Part shown: in pieces, positions 40,040-50,173 of the stretch
Layout of the letters: every line of letters starts with the position of its first letter
How positions within the stretch are numbered: position 1 is the stretch's first letter
NCBI GenBank assembly: GCA_965213625.1
Contig: CBDBZU010000004.1
Location: 192,001 to 256,000 of the forward strand
Direction of reading: 5' to 3'
DNA length: 64,000 nucleotides
From: a bacterium
GTDB lineage: Bacteria; UBA8248
Translations under genes and position numbers: made by a program
Notes under the pieces: model-generated
What the model saw: the letters and a program-made list of their open reading frames with translations, nothing else
Told to the model about the DNA's origin: nothing
Databases searched by the model: none

Positions 40040-41275
40040 ATGAGCAAAGCGTCCACCGGACCCGCCCTTCGTTATGGCGAATTCGTTCCCCTCGTCGCCC
40101 TTCTGATGGCGCTCGTCGCGCTCTCGATTGACGCGATACTGCCGGCGCTGCCCGCGATAGGCCACGACCTCGGGGCGCCGCGCAGAAACGACGTTCAGTT
40201 CGTCGTCACGGCCGTGCTCCTGGGGCTCGGCCTCGGGCAGATCGTTTTCGGGCCTCTCTCTGACGGAATCGGACGCAAGCCCTCTATCAATACCGGCCTC
40301 GTTCTCTTCATGCTGGGATGTGTCATGAGCATCTTCGCACACACTTTCGAGGTGATGATTGCGGGCCGCATATTGCAGGGCATCGGAATCGCGGGACCGC
40401 GCATCGTGACCGTCGCCCTGGTGCGCGATCAATACGAAGGACGCCAGATGGCCCGCCTCATGTCGTTTGCGATGGCCGTGTTCATTCTCATTCCCACCGT
40501 CGCACCAGTCCTCGGACAGGGGATACAGTGGCTGGGCGGCTGGCGCGCGATATTCGCAGCTTTCTTCATCATCGCCGCGTTCACGTTCGCATGGTTTTCA
40601 CTTCGCCAGCCGGAAACCCTGCCCTCCGACCTTCGGCGTCCCCTCTCCCCGCGCGTCATCGGTGGAGCCGTCATGGAGGTGCTCAGGATTCGGGCCGCGC
40701 TTGGATACACCGTGGCCACCGGATGCGTTTTCGCGCCGTTCGTGGCCTACCTCAGCTCCTCCCAGCAAATCTTTCAGGAGGCCTACAGGACAGGCGCGCT
40801 GTTCCCGGCCTATTTCGGCGCGCTGGCGCTCGCTTTCGGATGCGCCTCGCTCGTGAACGGGTGGCTCGTAATGAAGTACGGGATGCGCAAGCTCTCGAGG
40901 ATGGCGACGGTGTCCATGACGCTGGTCTCGTTCGTTGCGTGGGCGATGGCCTTCTCCTTCGAGGGACTACCTCCGTTGTGGCTGTTCATGACTTACCTGC
41001 TCGTCGTCTTTCTCTGCATCGGACTCCTCTTCGGAAATCTCAATGCACTCGCCATGGAACCCCTCGGCCATATCGCCGGAGTAGGAGCGGGAGTGGTTGC
41101 TTCGATCTCCACCTTTATTTCGGTGCCGTTCGGAGCGCTCGTGGGTCAAAGTTTCGATGGAACCATGTACGCCCTGATTGCCGCTTTCGGGGTCTTCGGA
41201 GCAGGGACCTACGCCGCCATGAGATGGGCTGAGAGAGGTGAAGGCGAAAAGCGCAGCCGAGATACCGCCGCTTGA
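40040..41275 (+). CDS. Bcr/CflA-family MFS efflux transporter
   Basis: ALSIDAILPALP, GPLSDGIGRKP, GRILQGIG, VRDQYEG; about 12 hydrophobic segments. Confidence 0.9.
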   Translation: MSKASTGPALRYGEFVPLVALLMALVALSIDAILPALPAIGHDLGAPRRNDVQFVVTAVLLGLGLGQIVFGPLSDGIGRKPSINTGLVLFMLGCVMSIFAHTFEVMIAGRILQGIGIAGPRIVTVALVRDQYEGRQMARLMSFAMAVFILIPTVAPVLGQGIQWLGGWRAIFAAFFIIAAFTFAWFSLRQPETLPSDLRRPLSPRVIGGAVMEVLRIRAALGYTVATGCVFAPFVAYLSSSQQIFQEAYRTGALFPAYFGALALAFGCASLVNGWLVMKYGMRKLSRMATVSMTLVSFVAWAMAFSFEGLPPLWLFMTYLLVVFLCIGLLFGNLNALAMEPLGHIAGVGAGVVASISTFISVPFGALVGQSFDGTMYALIAAFGVFGAGTYAAMRWAERGEGEKRSRDTAA

Positions 41276-41595
41276 TCGTGATCGTCAATCGTCCGCTGGA
41301 TATCTCCGGATATCTCAAGAACCACATTTCGCGTCGCGGTAAGTGGGTGCGGTGGTTTATGAATCGACGTGCGCGGCACGGACATAACCATAAGCAAACT
41401 GTTCGCGGGCCGGAAGTTGGAGGACGGCCCGAAAGGGACTCGCCGGGATGCGGGCGAATTGTAACGAATCCACTTTCGGTTTGATTGCAGAGCAGAAGGT
41501 GCCGATTTCAAAAAGACTCAAATATATTTATATGCTCAATAATATCAATCGGCTACGGGAATCTTGAATTTAATACCCGTGTCAGCCCGTATGAA

Positions 41596-41690
<95 letters not shown>

Positions 41691-41789
41691 GCGGGAGCGG
41701 GGCCGTCGCGTGAAAGCGTGAACCGGCCACGCGGTGGTTTGTATATCACGGACGGCGCGGGCCTGTCAGTCCGCCGCCGAGATCGCGCC

Positions 41790-41818
41790 TTGACTTTTCC
41801 GCTCACTTTTTCGATGAT
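41790..41818 (+). promoter_or_regulatory. Sigma70-like promoter divergent from tRNA-Ser
   Basis: TTGACT-N17-GATGAT. Confidence 0.55.
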
Positions 41819-41824
41819 CCCAAG

Positions 41825-41995
41825 TACGTCAGAAAGGAGGTGATCCTAATATGAAAATAGACTGTAGGGACGAGGTGGCTGGAGCCTAGGGGAGAGAGCC
41901 CTGAGGAGATTCACCGGGTTCATCTTCGCCCAGGCGAATCCCCACCAGGCCACCGAACGATGTGAAACCCCGGTCCGCGAGGGCCGGGGTTTTTC
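41825..41995 (+). ncRNA. Structured small transcript with a 16-nt anti-16S-tail sequence and a micro-ORF
   Basis: AGAAAGGAGGTGATCC at 41831-41846; stem 41874-41882/41945-41954 enclosing two hairpins; own promoter and terminator. Confidence 0.6.
41851..41889 (+). CDS. 12-aa micro-ORF MKIDCRDEVAGA
   Basis: ATG follows a maximal Shine-Dalgarno sequence. Confidence 0.5.
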   Translation: MKIDCRDEVAGA

Positions 41996-42000
41996 ACGTC
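41959..42000 (+). terminator. Intrinsic terminator
   Basis: GAAACCCCGGTCC-GCGA-GGGCCGGGGTTTTT (GNRA loop, U tract). Confidence 0.85.
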
Positions 42001-42063
42001 ATCTATTAACGAGAAGTCTTCGTCTTTCACATCATCTGTATTCAAGGATAAGGAGCGCGTTTC

Positions 42064-42522
42064 ATGTCGCAGACGAGTTGGACGGTCTATCTCTCTGGAG
42101 AAGTGCACACGGACTGGCGCGAGCGCATCACCGAGGGCGCGGAGAAAGCGGGGCTGCCGGTCACCTTTCTCGCCCCCGTCACGGACCACGACGCGAGCGA
42201 CGATTGCGGCGTGTCGATTCTCGGCGGTGAGGAAAAACCGTTCTGGAAAGACCGCAAGGGCGCGGGCGTGAACGCCATCAGGACGCGCACGCTCATCGAG
42301 AAGGCGGACGTCGTGGTCGTGCGCTTCGGTGAAAAATACAGGCAGTGGAACGCCGCTTTCGACGCGGGCTACGCGGCAGCTCTGGGAAAAGCCCTCATCA
42401 CCCTGCACGATCCGGGCCACACCCACGCGCTCAAGGAAGTCGACGCCTCCGCCATGGCCGTGGCCGAAGAGCCCGAGCAGGTGGTGCGGATTCTGAACTA
42501 CGCCATCAACGGAGCATTGTAG
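42064..42522 (+). CDS. YtoQ-family protein (nucleoside deoxyribosyltransferase-like fold)
   Basis: VYLSGEVHTDWRE...VVRFGEKYRQWNAAFDAGYAAALGK...HALKEVD. Confidence 0.88.
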   Translation: MSQTSWTVYLSGEVHTDWRERITEGAEKAGLPVTFLAPVTDHDASDDCGVSILGGEEKPFWKDRKGAGVNAIRTRTLIEKADVVVVRFGEKYRQWNAAFDAGYAAALGKALITLHDPGHTHALKEVDASAMAVAEEPEQVVRILNYAINGAL

Positions 42523-42528
42523 CGGGCA

Positions 42529-43530
42529 TCACCTCCCCCGCACCCCGTAGGCTTCGGGATTCACGAGCGTGGAGGGTCGCTCGCCCCGGAAGTACGCGAG
42601 AACGCATTCGGTCGTGTGGTGGAGGGTGTTGCGAATCGCATCCTCGCCACGGCCGCCCAGGTGGGGGGCGAGCACGGCATTCTCGAGCCCGAAGACGGGA
42701 TGATCGTAATCGGGCGGCTCCTCGGGGAACACGTCTATCCCCGCGCCCCGGATGACGCCCTCTTGCAGAGCTTCCGTAACGGCGTCCAGATCGAAGACGG
42801 GACCCCGCGAAGTGTTGAATACGTAGGCGTCGGGCTTCATGAGGCTTAAAATCTCGCGGTTGATGATGTGCGTCGTCTCGGGCGTCAGCGGCACGTGGCA
42901 TGTCAGGTAGTCCGATTCCCTCGCCAGCTCTTCCAGGCTCACGAAGCGCACGCCCAACTTTTTCGCCGTCTCCTCATCTTGCACGATGTCGTGGGCGATC
43001 ACGTTCATGTCGAAGGCGACGGCCCGTTTCGCCACCTGCTTGCCGATGTTCCCGAAGCCCAGTATCCCCATCGTCATACCGTTCAGGGGGCGCATGGGCG
43101 GCTGAATCTCCCGCCAGAGGCCCTTGCGGATGTTCACGTCCAGCCAGCCGATGCGCCGGACGGCGCAAAGCAGCAGGCCGAAGAGGTGCTCCGCCACGGA
43201 CTGCGAGTTCTGCCCCGCCGAGTTCGCGACGAGTATGCCCCGCTCGGTGGCCGCCGGAATGTCGACGTTGTTCAGGCCCACGCCCGCGCGCACGATAATT
43301 TTCACCCCGCGCGCGTTGTCCATCACATTGCTCGTATAAGGCTCCGCCCCTGCGATGACGGCCGTTACGTCCGGCAGGGCCGCGATGACGTCTTCCTCGG
43401 GCATGTAGCCCCGGCACTCGTCCAGGCGTACCTCCAGCCCCTCCTCCACCAGGGGCTGAAAAATCTCCATCGGATCGTCGAAATTCAGGATAAATGGGGT
43501 TCCCACCCAGACCACGGGTCTATCGCTCAT
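42529..43530 (-). CDS. D-isomer-specific 2-hydroxyacid dehydrogenase (SerA-like)
   Basis: RAGVG, GILGFGNIG, NTSRG, DVFPEEPP, APHLGG. Confidence 0.92.
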   Translation of the reverse strand: MSDRPVVWVGTPFILNFDDPMEIFQPLVEEGLEVRLDECRGYMPEEDVIAALPDVTAVIAGAEPYTSNVMDNARGVKIIVRAGVGLNNVDIPAATERGILVANSAGQNSQSVAEHLFGLLLCAVRRIGWLDVNIRKGLWREIQPPMRPLNGMTMGILGFGNIGKQVAKRAVAFDMNVIAHDIVQDEETAKKLGVRFVSLEELARESDYLTCHVPLTPETTHIINREILSLMKPDAYVFNTSRGPVFDLDAVTEALQEGVIRGAGIDVFPEEPPDYDHPVFGLENAVLAPHLGGRGEDAIRNTLHHTTECVLAYFRGERPSTLVNPEAYGVRGR

Positions 43531-43593
43531 CTGCTTTCATCTCCATTTCATTCGTTCTTTTTATCTAATGAGAAAAATCAGGGTAATTACAGT

Positions 43594-44361
43594 CTATCTA
43601 CCGCGCCATTCGGGCTTTCTCTTCTCTCTGAAGGCGAGTAAACCCTCCTTCGAATCCTCCGTGTTCAGGATGCGGTCCGCCACGTCGCGCGACATATAGA
43701 CCCTGTCCTTATAGCCCAGGTCCTCGCCCCGGCGCGCCGCCTCCTTGATGGCGCAAACCGCCATGGGTGCGGCTTCGAGAATCTCGTGCGCGTAGCGCAC
43801 AGCCGTCGGCAGAAGCGCCTCATGCGGCACCACCTCGGTGGCTATCCCCAGGCGCAGGCACTCATCCGCTGGAATGAACTTGCCGCGCATCAGGTAGCTC
43901 ATCGCCTGCGTCCAGGGAATCGCGTGCGCGCACATGGCGGGGCCGCTGACGGAAGATATTCCCCGGAGCACCTGTGGCCAGCCCATGGATCCGCGTTCCG
44001 AGAAGATCAGGATGTCGGAGTTCAGCGCAAAGCCCGCCCCCTGAGCCAGGCAGGGGCCGTTGATCGCGCAGATGACCGGCTTGTAGAGATAGCGCAGGTA
44101 GAGATAAAGCTCATCGTTCGACATTACATGGGCGTCGTTCTCGGGCATCGTCTCCACGATGTCCTTGCCCGAGCAGAAAACGTCCCCAGCTGCCGTGATG
44201 ATGGCCACCCAGATGTCCGGGTTGTGCTTGATGTCCACGTACGCGTCCTGCACCTCCTTGCGCATGGCGTAGTTGATGGCGTTTTTCTTCTCTGGCCGGT
44301 TCAGTGTGAGATACGCGACGTGGTTCTTCACTTCGTAGGTGGTTGCTTCTCGATTCGCCAT
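43594..44361 (-). CDS. Enoyl-CoA hydratase/isomerase family
   Basis: LTLNRPEKKNA, FCSGKD, KPVICAINGPC, EDSKEGLLAFREKRKP. Confidence 0.92.
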   Translation of the reverse strand: MANREATTYEVKNHVAYLTLNRPEKKNAINYAMRKEVQDAYVDIKHNPDIWVAIITAAGDVFCSGKDIVETMPENDAHVMSNDELYLYLRYLYKPVICAINGPCLAQGAGFALNSDILIFSERGSMGWPQVLRGISSVSGPAMCAHAIPWTQAMSYLMRGKFIPADECLRLGIATEVVPHEALLPTAVRYAHEILEAAPMAVCAIKEAARRGEDLGYKDRVYMSRDVADRILNTEDSKEGLLAFREKRKPEWRGR

Positions 44362-44556
44362 GGCCGGGCTTCCTTTTCTGAATAGTTGCGAGTGCGATGC
44401 CCCTCGCCTCATTGAATTTTCACTAGATGGTCGCGCATTGTACCCAAAACCGACGGAGTGCGCGCTCCTTCGCTCGCAAATTTCCTTAAAGCACAACTTG
44501 TGAGAGACTCACCCCATCGCAAAAAGCAAATCCACCGAACCGATAGGAGAAGCCAC

Positions 44557-46206
44557 ATGCGCGTCGTCGACGTCATCGCCGGAATCCTGAAGCGCGAAGG
44601 GGCGGAACACCTGAACTGCTACCCGACCACCGTCCAGATCGAAGCGGCCGCGGCCATCGGTATCCGGCCCATCGTCTGCCGCCAGGAACGCGTGGGGGTG
44701 GGCATCGCGGACGGCTTCGCCCGCGTCACCAACGGGGCCTCGCCTTCCGTGTTCACCATGCAGTACGGACCGGGGGCGGAAAACGCCTTTCCTGGCATCT
44801 CGACCGCGTATTCGGATTCCACGCCCTTGCTGCTGCTCCCTCTCGGCCACGCCAGGGGGCGCGACCGCGTGTTCCCCATGTTCAGTTCCGTCGACTCCTA
44901 CGCGTCGGTTACGAAATCGGCCGAGCAGATCAACGTGCCCGAACGGGCTGCGGACGCCATGCGGCGCGCCTTTCACGCATTAAAGAACGGACGCCCCGGC
45001 CCCGTGCTCGTCGAGTTGCCCGAAGACGTGGCCGGCGCGGAAGTCTCAGAGGATATGCTTGGCGGCTACACGCCCGTGAAGAGAACGCGCGCCCAGGCGG
45101 ACCCCGAGGACGTGGAGAGCGCAGCCCACGCGCTGCTGGCGGCCGAGCGTCCGGTCCTCCTCGCGGGAGCGGGCGTGCTCTACGCCGGGGCCACCGATGA
45201 GCTGCGCGAACTGGCGGAACTCCTCCAGGTTCCCGTGATGACCACCATGGAGGGCAAAAGCGCGATTTCGGAGAGGAACCACCCCCTCGCCCTCGGCGTG
45301 GGCTCGAGCGTCATGGCGGGTCCCGCCTATCATTTCCTGAAAGATGCAGACCTCGTGTTCGCCGTCGGCACGAGTCTCACCGACCACGGCCTCGCCACGC
45401 GCGTGCCCGGCGGAAAAACCATCATTCACGCGACGAACGACCCCGTCGACATCAACAAGAATTACGCCGCCGATCATCCCGTGCTGGGCGATGCGAAGCT
45501 CGTGCTGCGCCAGTTCATCGACTGCTGCGCCGAGCAAGTAGTGAGCGAGGAAAGGCGTGAGGACATGCAGGCGCAGGTGGCGGAGGCGCGGAAGGCATGG
45601 CTCGATGAATGGGCGCCCAAACTCACATCCGATGGAAAACCCATCAACCCCTACCGCGTAATCTGGGAGTTGATGCAGAACGTGCCGCCCGCGGAGGCCA
45701 TCGTCACCCACGATTCGGGGAACCCGCGATACGAGGTCCTGCCCATGTATCTGTGCGACACGCCGAGGTCATACCTCGGCTGGGGGAAATCACACCAGCT
45801 CGGCACGGGGCTCGGCCTCGCCATGGGCGCGAAACTCGCTGCGCCCGATAAGTTCTGCGTGAACTTCATGGGCGATGCGGCGTTCGGCATGACGGGGCTT
45901 GATTTCGAGACCGCCGTGCGCGAGAACCTGCCCATCTGCACCGTGTTGCTCAAAAACTCCACCATGGCGGTCGAGACCAGTCACATGGCGCTCTCCCACG
46001 AGAAATACGGCACGCGCGACGTGGGCGGCGAATACGCAGACATCGCCAGAGCGCTGGGCGGCTGGGCGAAGCGCGTGGAAGATCCGGCGGAAGTGGGCGC
46101 GGCATTCCTGGAAGCACGGCGAAAGACCGAAGAGGGAACGCCTGCGCTGCTCGAGTTCATCACGAGCGAGGAGATGGGCTACTCCCACCCCCGTCCGTTC
46201 GGGTAG
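44557..46206 (+). CDS. Thiamine-diphosphate-dependent enzyme (acetolactate synthase-like)
   Basis: RQERVGVGIADG, QYGPGAEN, GRPGPV, GDAAFGM...KN; AGGAG SD. Confidence 0.92.
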   Translation: MRVVDVIAGILKREGAEHLNCYPTTVQIEAAAAIGIRPIVCRQERVGVGIADGFARVTNGASPSVFTMQYGPGAENAFPGISTAYSDSTPLLLLPLGHARGRDRVFPMFSSVDSYASVTKSAEQINVPERAADAMRRAFHALKNGRPGPVLVELPEDVAGAEVSEDMLGGYTPVKRTRAQADPEDVESAAHALLAAERPVLLAGAGVLYAGATDELRELAELLQVPVMTTMEGKSAISERNHPLALGVGSSVMAGPAYHFLKDADLVFAVGTSLTDHGLATRVPGGKTIIHATNDPVDINKNYAADHPVLGDAKLVLRQFIDCCAEQVVSEERREDMQAQVAEARKAWLDEWAPKLTSDGKPINPYRVIWELMQNVPPAEAIVTHDSGNPRYEVLPMYLCDTPRSYLGWGKSHQLGTGLGLAMGAKLAAPDKFCVNFMGDAAFGMTGLDFETAVRENLPICTVLLKNSTMAVETSHMALSHEKYGTRDVGGEYADIARALGGWAKRVEDPAEVGAAFLEARRKTEEGTPALLEFITSEEMGYSHPRPFG

Positions 46207-46223
46207 GTTCTAAGAAGCGCGGC

Positions 46224-47213
46224 TTACACCTCGACGACGATCTTGCCCATCTGGGTGTTCGATTCCATGTACTTGTACGCGCCTACGATATCGTCGAGAG
46301 AGAACGTCTTGGCGATGATGGGCTTGAACGCGCTCGATTCCAGGCCGTCATAGATGAATTGCCTCGCCTTCTCTCTTAATTCTTCGTTTCTCGATATTTC
46401 CATGATCGTATAGCCCCTGTATGTAAGTCCCTTTCTGATTGACGCGTACAGGGGCAAAACAGGCGCATCGGGCGAGAGGAGGCCATAGAGGAAAATCGCG
46501 CCCTGGTAGGCGGCCGCATCGGCGAGTTTCGGCAGAAAAGATCCGGCGACGGGGTCGAAAATGACGTCAACGCCTGCGCCTCCCGTGATATCCATCACCG
46601 ACTCCGCCAATTCCTCCTCGTCCGTCACAACGACGCGATCAGCACCAATGTTCAGGAGAAAATCCTTCTTGCCCGCTCCGCGCGTCGTGGCGATGGCCCG
46701 CGCGCCCAATGATTTCACGATCTGGATCGCCGCGACTCCGACGCTGCTGCTCGCCGCCGTGAGCAGGACGTTGTCGCCCTTCTTCACCCGCCCGTATTCG
46801 ACGATGGCGCCGTATGCGGTCATGTAAGCCATCCAGATGGCCGCGGCCTTCACGGACGTCAGGTGGGCAGGATAGCGGGCGGCGGCGAACGCCGGCACGA
46901 CAGCCTGCTCGCCGCACACTCCGTGCTCCACCATCGAAAAACACGGAATCGTGCTCACGCGGTCCCCGACCACAAGGTCCTCCACGCCCGGACCCACGGC
47001 GTCTATCGCCCCGCAAGCCTCGTAGCCAATGCGGGAGGGAAACACGGGTTTGTCGTGGTAGCGCCCCTCGCGGAAAAGAATCTCCGCCCGGTTGATCCCG
47101 AGCGCTTCCACGACGATGCGCACCTCGCCCTCCGCAGGCTCGAGCTCAGGAACCTCCGCCACGCGGAGCACGTCCGCGCCGCCCAATTCGTCAAAAAGAA
47201 CTGCTTTCGGCAT
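46224..47213 (-). CDS. MDR-family (quinone) oxidoreductase, copy 1
   Basis: GINRAE, GYEACG, TAASSSVG, GKIVV. Confidence 0.9.
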   Translation of the reverse strand: MPKAVLFDELGGADVLRVAEVPELEPAEGEVRIVVEALGINRAEILFREGRYHDKPVFPSRIGYEACGAIDAVGPGVEDLVVGDRVSTIPCFSMVEHGVCGEQAVVPAFAAARYPAHLTSVKAAAIWMAYMTAYGAIVEYGRVKKGDNVLLTAASSSVGVAAIQIVKSLGARAIATTRGAGKKDFLLNIGADRVVVTDEEELAESVMDITGGAGVDVIFDPVAGSFLPKLADAAAYQGAIFLYGLLSPDAPVLPLYASIRKGLTYRGYTIMEISRNEELREKARQFIYDGLESSAFKPIIAKTFSLDDIVGAYKYMESNTQMGKIVVEV

Positions 47214-47291
47214 TCGCTCATCTCCTACGTTTCATACATTCAGCTTCGCATATACTCCCGCGCCCGTCCGTTCGGGCAGATCGGCCTCAGC

Positions 47292-48281
47292 TTACGCCTC
47301 GACGACGATTTTGCCCATCTGGGCGTTCGATTCCATATATTTATGCGCCCCCACCATGTCGTCGAGCGGGAACGTCTTGGCGATGATGGGCTTGAGCGCG
47401 CCCGATTCCAGGCCGTCGTAGATGAATTTCTTCCCCCGCTCTCTTTTTTCCCGAAACTTCGTGATCTCCATGATCGTATAGCATCTGAACTTCAGGCCTT
47501 TCTTGAGAGCCGGAAGCAGGGGTATCACCGCATCCTCGGGCGAGAGGCGGCCATACAGGAAAATCGCGCCCTGGTAGGCGGCCGCTTCGGCTAGTTTCGG
47601 CAAAGACGACCCGACGACGGGGTCGAAGGTGACGTCGGCGCCCGAGCCTCCCGTAATATCCATCACCGATTCAGCCAGATCCTCCTCATCCGTCACGACC
47701 ACGTGGTCCGCGCCCGCGTTCAGGAGGAAATCCTTCTTGCCCGCCCCGCGCGTCGTGGCGATTACGCGTGCGCCGACAGATTTCGCGATCTGAATCGCCG
47801 CGATGCCGACGCTGCTGCTCGCCGCCGTGAGCAGGGCGGTATCGCCCTCCTTTATTCCTCCGAATTCGACGAGCGCTCCGTATGCGGTGAAATACGGCAT
47901 CCAGATGGCCGCGCCCTCAACAGGCGTCAGGTTGTCCGGGTAGCGGGCGGCTGCGAACGCGGGCACGACCGCCTGCTCGCCGCACACCCCGTGCTCCACC
48001 ATCGAGAAACAAGGAATCGTGCTCACGCGGTCCCCGACCGCCAGGTCCTCCACGCCCGGGCCCACGGCGTCTACCGCTCCGCAAGCCTCATAACCGATGC
48101 GGGAGGGGAACTGGGGTTTGTCGTGGTAGCGACCTTCGCGGAACATAATCTCGGCCCGGTTGATCCCGAGCGCTTCCACGGCGATACGCACCTCGCCCTC
48201 CCCGGGCTCGAGGTCAGGCACTTCCGCCACGCGGAGCACGTCCGCGCCTCCTAACTCGTCAAATAGAATCGCTTTCGGCAT
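47292..48281 (-). CDS. MDR-family (quinone) oxidoreductase, copy 2 (tandem paralog)
   Basis: Same length (329 aa) and motifs as copy 1. Confidence 0.9.
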   Translation of the reverse strand: MPKAILFDELGGADVLRVAEVPDLEPGEGEVRIAVEALGINRAEIMFREGRYHDKPQFPSRIGYEACGAVDAVGPGVEDLAVGDRVSTIPCFSMVEHGVCGEQAVVPAFAAARYPDNLTPVEGAAIWMPYFTAYGALVEFGGIKEGDTALLTAASSSVGIAAIQIAKSVGARVIATTRGAGKKDFLLNAGADHVVVTDEEDLAESVMDITGGSGADVTFDPVVGSSLPKLAEAAAYQGAIFLYGRLSPEDAVIPLLPALKKGLKFRCYTIMEITKFREKRERGKKFIYDGLESGALKPIIAKTFPLDDMVGAHKYMESNAQMGKIVVEA

Positions 48282-48305
48282 GTCTTCAATCTCCCCACAT
48301 CTCAT

Positions 48306-49133
48306 CTACAAGGGCGGCCCGATGGGCCACTCGATAATCGTCACCCCCAGAAACCACAGGGGCTCTATCCGGTATACCCACAAGTTCGCCTCCGTGTCCC
48401 CGCTCATGGCGGCGGCGGATATCCACGTCCTGATTTCGTTTCCCCCGTTTCCACCCTCATCGATCTTCGCTTGCGGCCACGCGGCGAGGCCCTTTGCGTC
48501 TGCGCGGCATAGCATGTCGATCACCTCGCGGTCCCACGCCTCGTCAATGGCGCCCTGCTCGGGGGTCCCTATCCAGTGAGAAGGCGCGCCCGTCGCCACC
48601 ACGGCCACGCGCTCGTGTCCCTCATAGCTCTCTATCAATCGCCTGAGCGATACGCCCAGCTCATATGATCGCGCGGCGGGCGGCAGGGGCGGAGCCACCG
48701 TATTTTGAAGGATCGGAACGATGGGAAGACCCGTATCGCCCATGAGCACCAGGGGCGAGACGAAGGAATGATCGAGCGCCAGTTCCCGGCACAACAAGGG
48801 GTCGAAGCCGTTCGCCAGCAACCCGCGCGTAAGGTGAGAGGCCAACTCCTCGGCCCCTTCGTATATGTCGTCCGGCAGATAAGGTTCCGTCTCCACCGGG
48901 CCGAACCGGGGACCCGCGCCGACCGCCAGTGCGGGGTATCTGTCCATGGAAAAGGCGTGCAGATGGTCGTTTCCAAGCAGGACCATCGCCTCGGCCCCTC
49001 TGTCCACGATCTCCCGGGCCATCCGGCGGTAGCCTGAGAATACCTCTTCCCTCACATCTTCCGCGGGCGCGTCATGCCGCAGCAGGAACAGGGGCGTATG
49101 GCTCGCCGCAAAGGCGCCGACAATCTCGGCCAC
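48306..49133 (-). CDS. LigB-type (class III) extradiol dioxygenase, catalytic subunit
   Basis: FAASHTP, GNDH, LDHSF, ATGAPSHW, GNGGNEIRTW; GTG start with GAGGGG SD. Confidence 0.85.
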   Translation of the reverse strand: MAEIVGAFAASHTPLFLLRHDAPAEDVREEVFSGYRRMAREIVDRGAEAMVLLGNDHLHAFSMDRYPALAVGAGPRFGPVETEPYLPDDIYEGAEELASHLTRGLLANGFDPLLCRELALDHSFVSPLVLMGDTGLPIVPILQNTVAPPLPPAARSYELGVSLRRLIESYEGHERVAVVATGAPSHWIGTPEQGAIDEAWDREVIDMLCRADAKGLAAWPQAKIDEGGNGGNEIRTWISAAAMSGDTEANLWVYRIEPLWFLGVTIIEWPIGPPL

Positions 49134-49134
49134 G

Positions 49135-49413
49135 CTATACATCCCCCTCATCGGGACGCGGAAAGGAGAGGCCCGCCAGCGCCGCCCGGAAATCCACATC
49201 CGATATGCCTGAGCGCATCTGCAGCACCCGCAGCAGGTAGGGGTTCGCGCCGAAGTTCCACAGCGCGCGCATGTCGGAATCGCGAACCGCCGCAAGTTCG
49301 GCTTCTGTGACGTCAAAGCCACGCGCGTATTCGGGCGGGTCGCGCAGGAACGCCTCGCGCTTATCGAGCGGCTGGATGTCGTGGATCAAGCGGTTCAGGG
49401 ATAGTTTCGGCAT
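49135..49413 (-). CDS. LigA-like small subunit
   Basis: LNRLI...REAFLRDP...VTEAELAAV...LWNFGANPYLL; adjacent to the LigB-type gene. Confidence 0.75.
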   Translation of the reverse strand: MPKLSLNRLIHDIQPLDKREAFLRDPPEYARGFDVTEAELAAVRDSDMRALWNFGANPYLLRVLQMRSGISDVDFRAALAGLSFPRPDEGDV

Positions 49414-50173
49414 GGAGGAAGACTACAGGAGTAGGCCGTGAAAATAAACGGGAATTACATCCATGACTCGACCGTGAGGGAGGAGGGTCTGTACCTGACG
49501 GGGAATGATGGAATCACGCCCCCTTGGGGGGCTGTTGAACAACCCGGCATCGGCGGCGGGCGGCATGGAGGCTCACGCGGCGGCGGAGAGGAAGCCCACG
49601 CCGTATCTTCGCCTCGCCCCTGCGGCCCGCCGAGCCTTCCTGCGGGCGGTTGCGGGCAAATGCGGGGAGAGCCGCGCAATTCATCGCAAATGCGGGCAAT
49701 TGCGGAGCGCGAAAAAAAATTGCGCTCATATTTGAGTCGCCTGCGCTCAGATATATGAAACAAGTCATTTTATTACAGTGCGTTGCGATATTTTCCCGCT
49801 TTCTTTTTTTATCGAAAAACCCCGTGAATTTATCGATATTTTTCGTATTTTTCGGTATTTTACCGAAATTCGCGGCGCATTCTTCGCGATCGGTCCCCGG
49901 GCGCGAAAGGGCGGTCCTGATCGCCTTCAGAAGGGTTGCCGCCCGAACGGAGCCGGCCGGTCTTCCTTGATGAGGGGCCGGCCGCCGCTTTCCCTTTTTC
50001 GCATTTCTCGCGTCCATGAGAACGTCTCCTCTTCGCTCCTTGGCGGAGATTCTGCCGCACCCCGATGCGGGGCGATAACCGCAAATGCGCGGATATGCGG
50101 AGCCAGGGCGCTCTGGCCGATTCCTCTCGGGCGACGGTATAATCCCGCCATCTCATCGAACGAGGAGTCCGAC

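Noticed and set aside
41831-41846. Possible 16S rRNA fragment on the minus strand
   Set aside because: The match stops after GATCC. A real 16S end would continue (A/C)AGCCGC-like, but here it is TAATATG, and no other rRNA sequence is nearby.
41825-41995. tmRNA or a piece of a two-piece tmRNA
   Set aside because: No tRNA-like acceptor/T arm or CCA end, and the ORF has its own SD and ATG rather than a resume codon.
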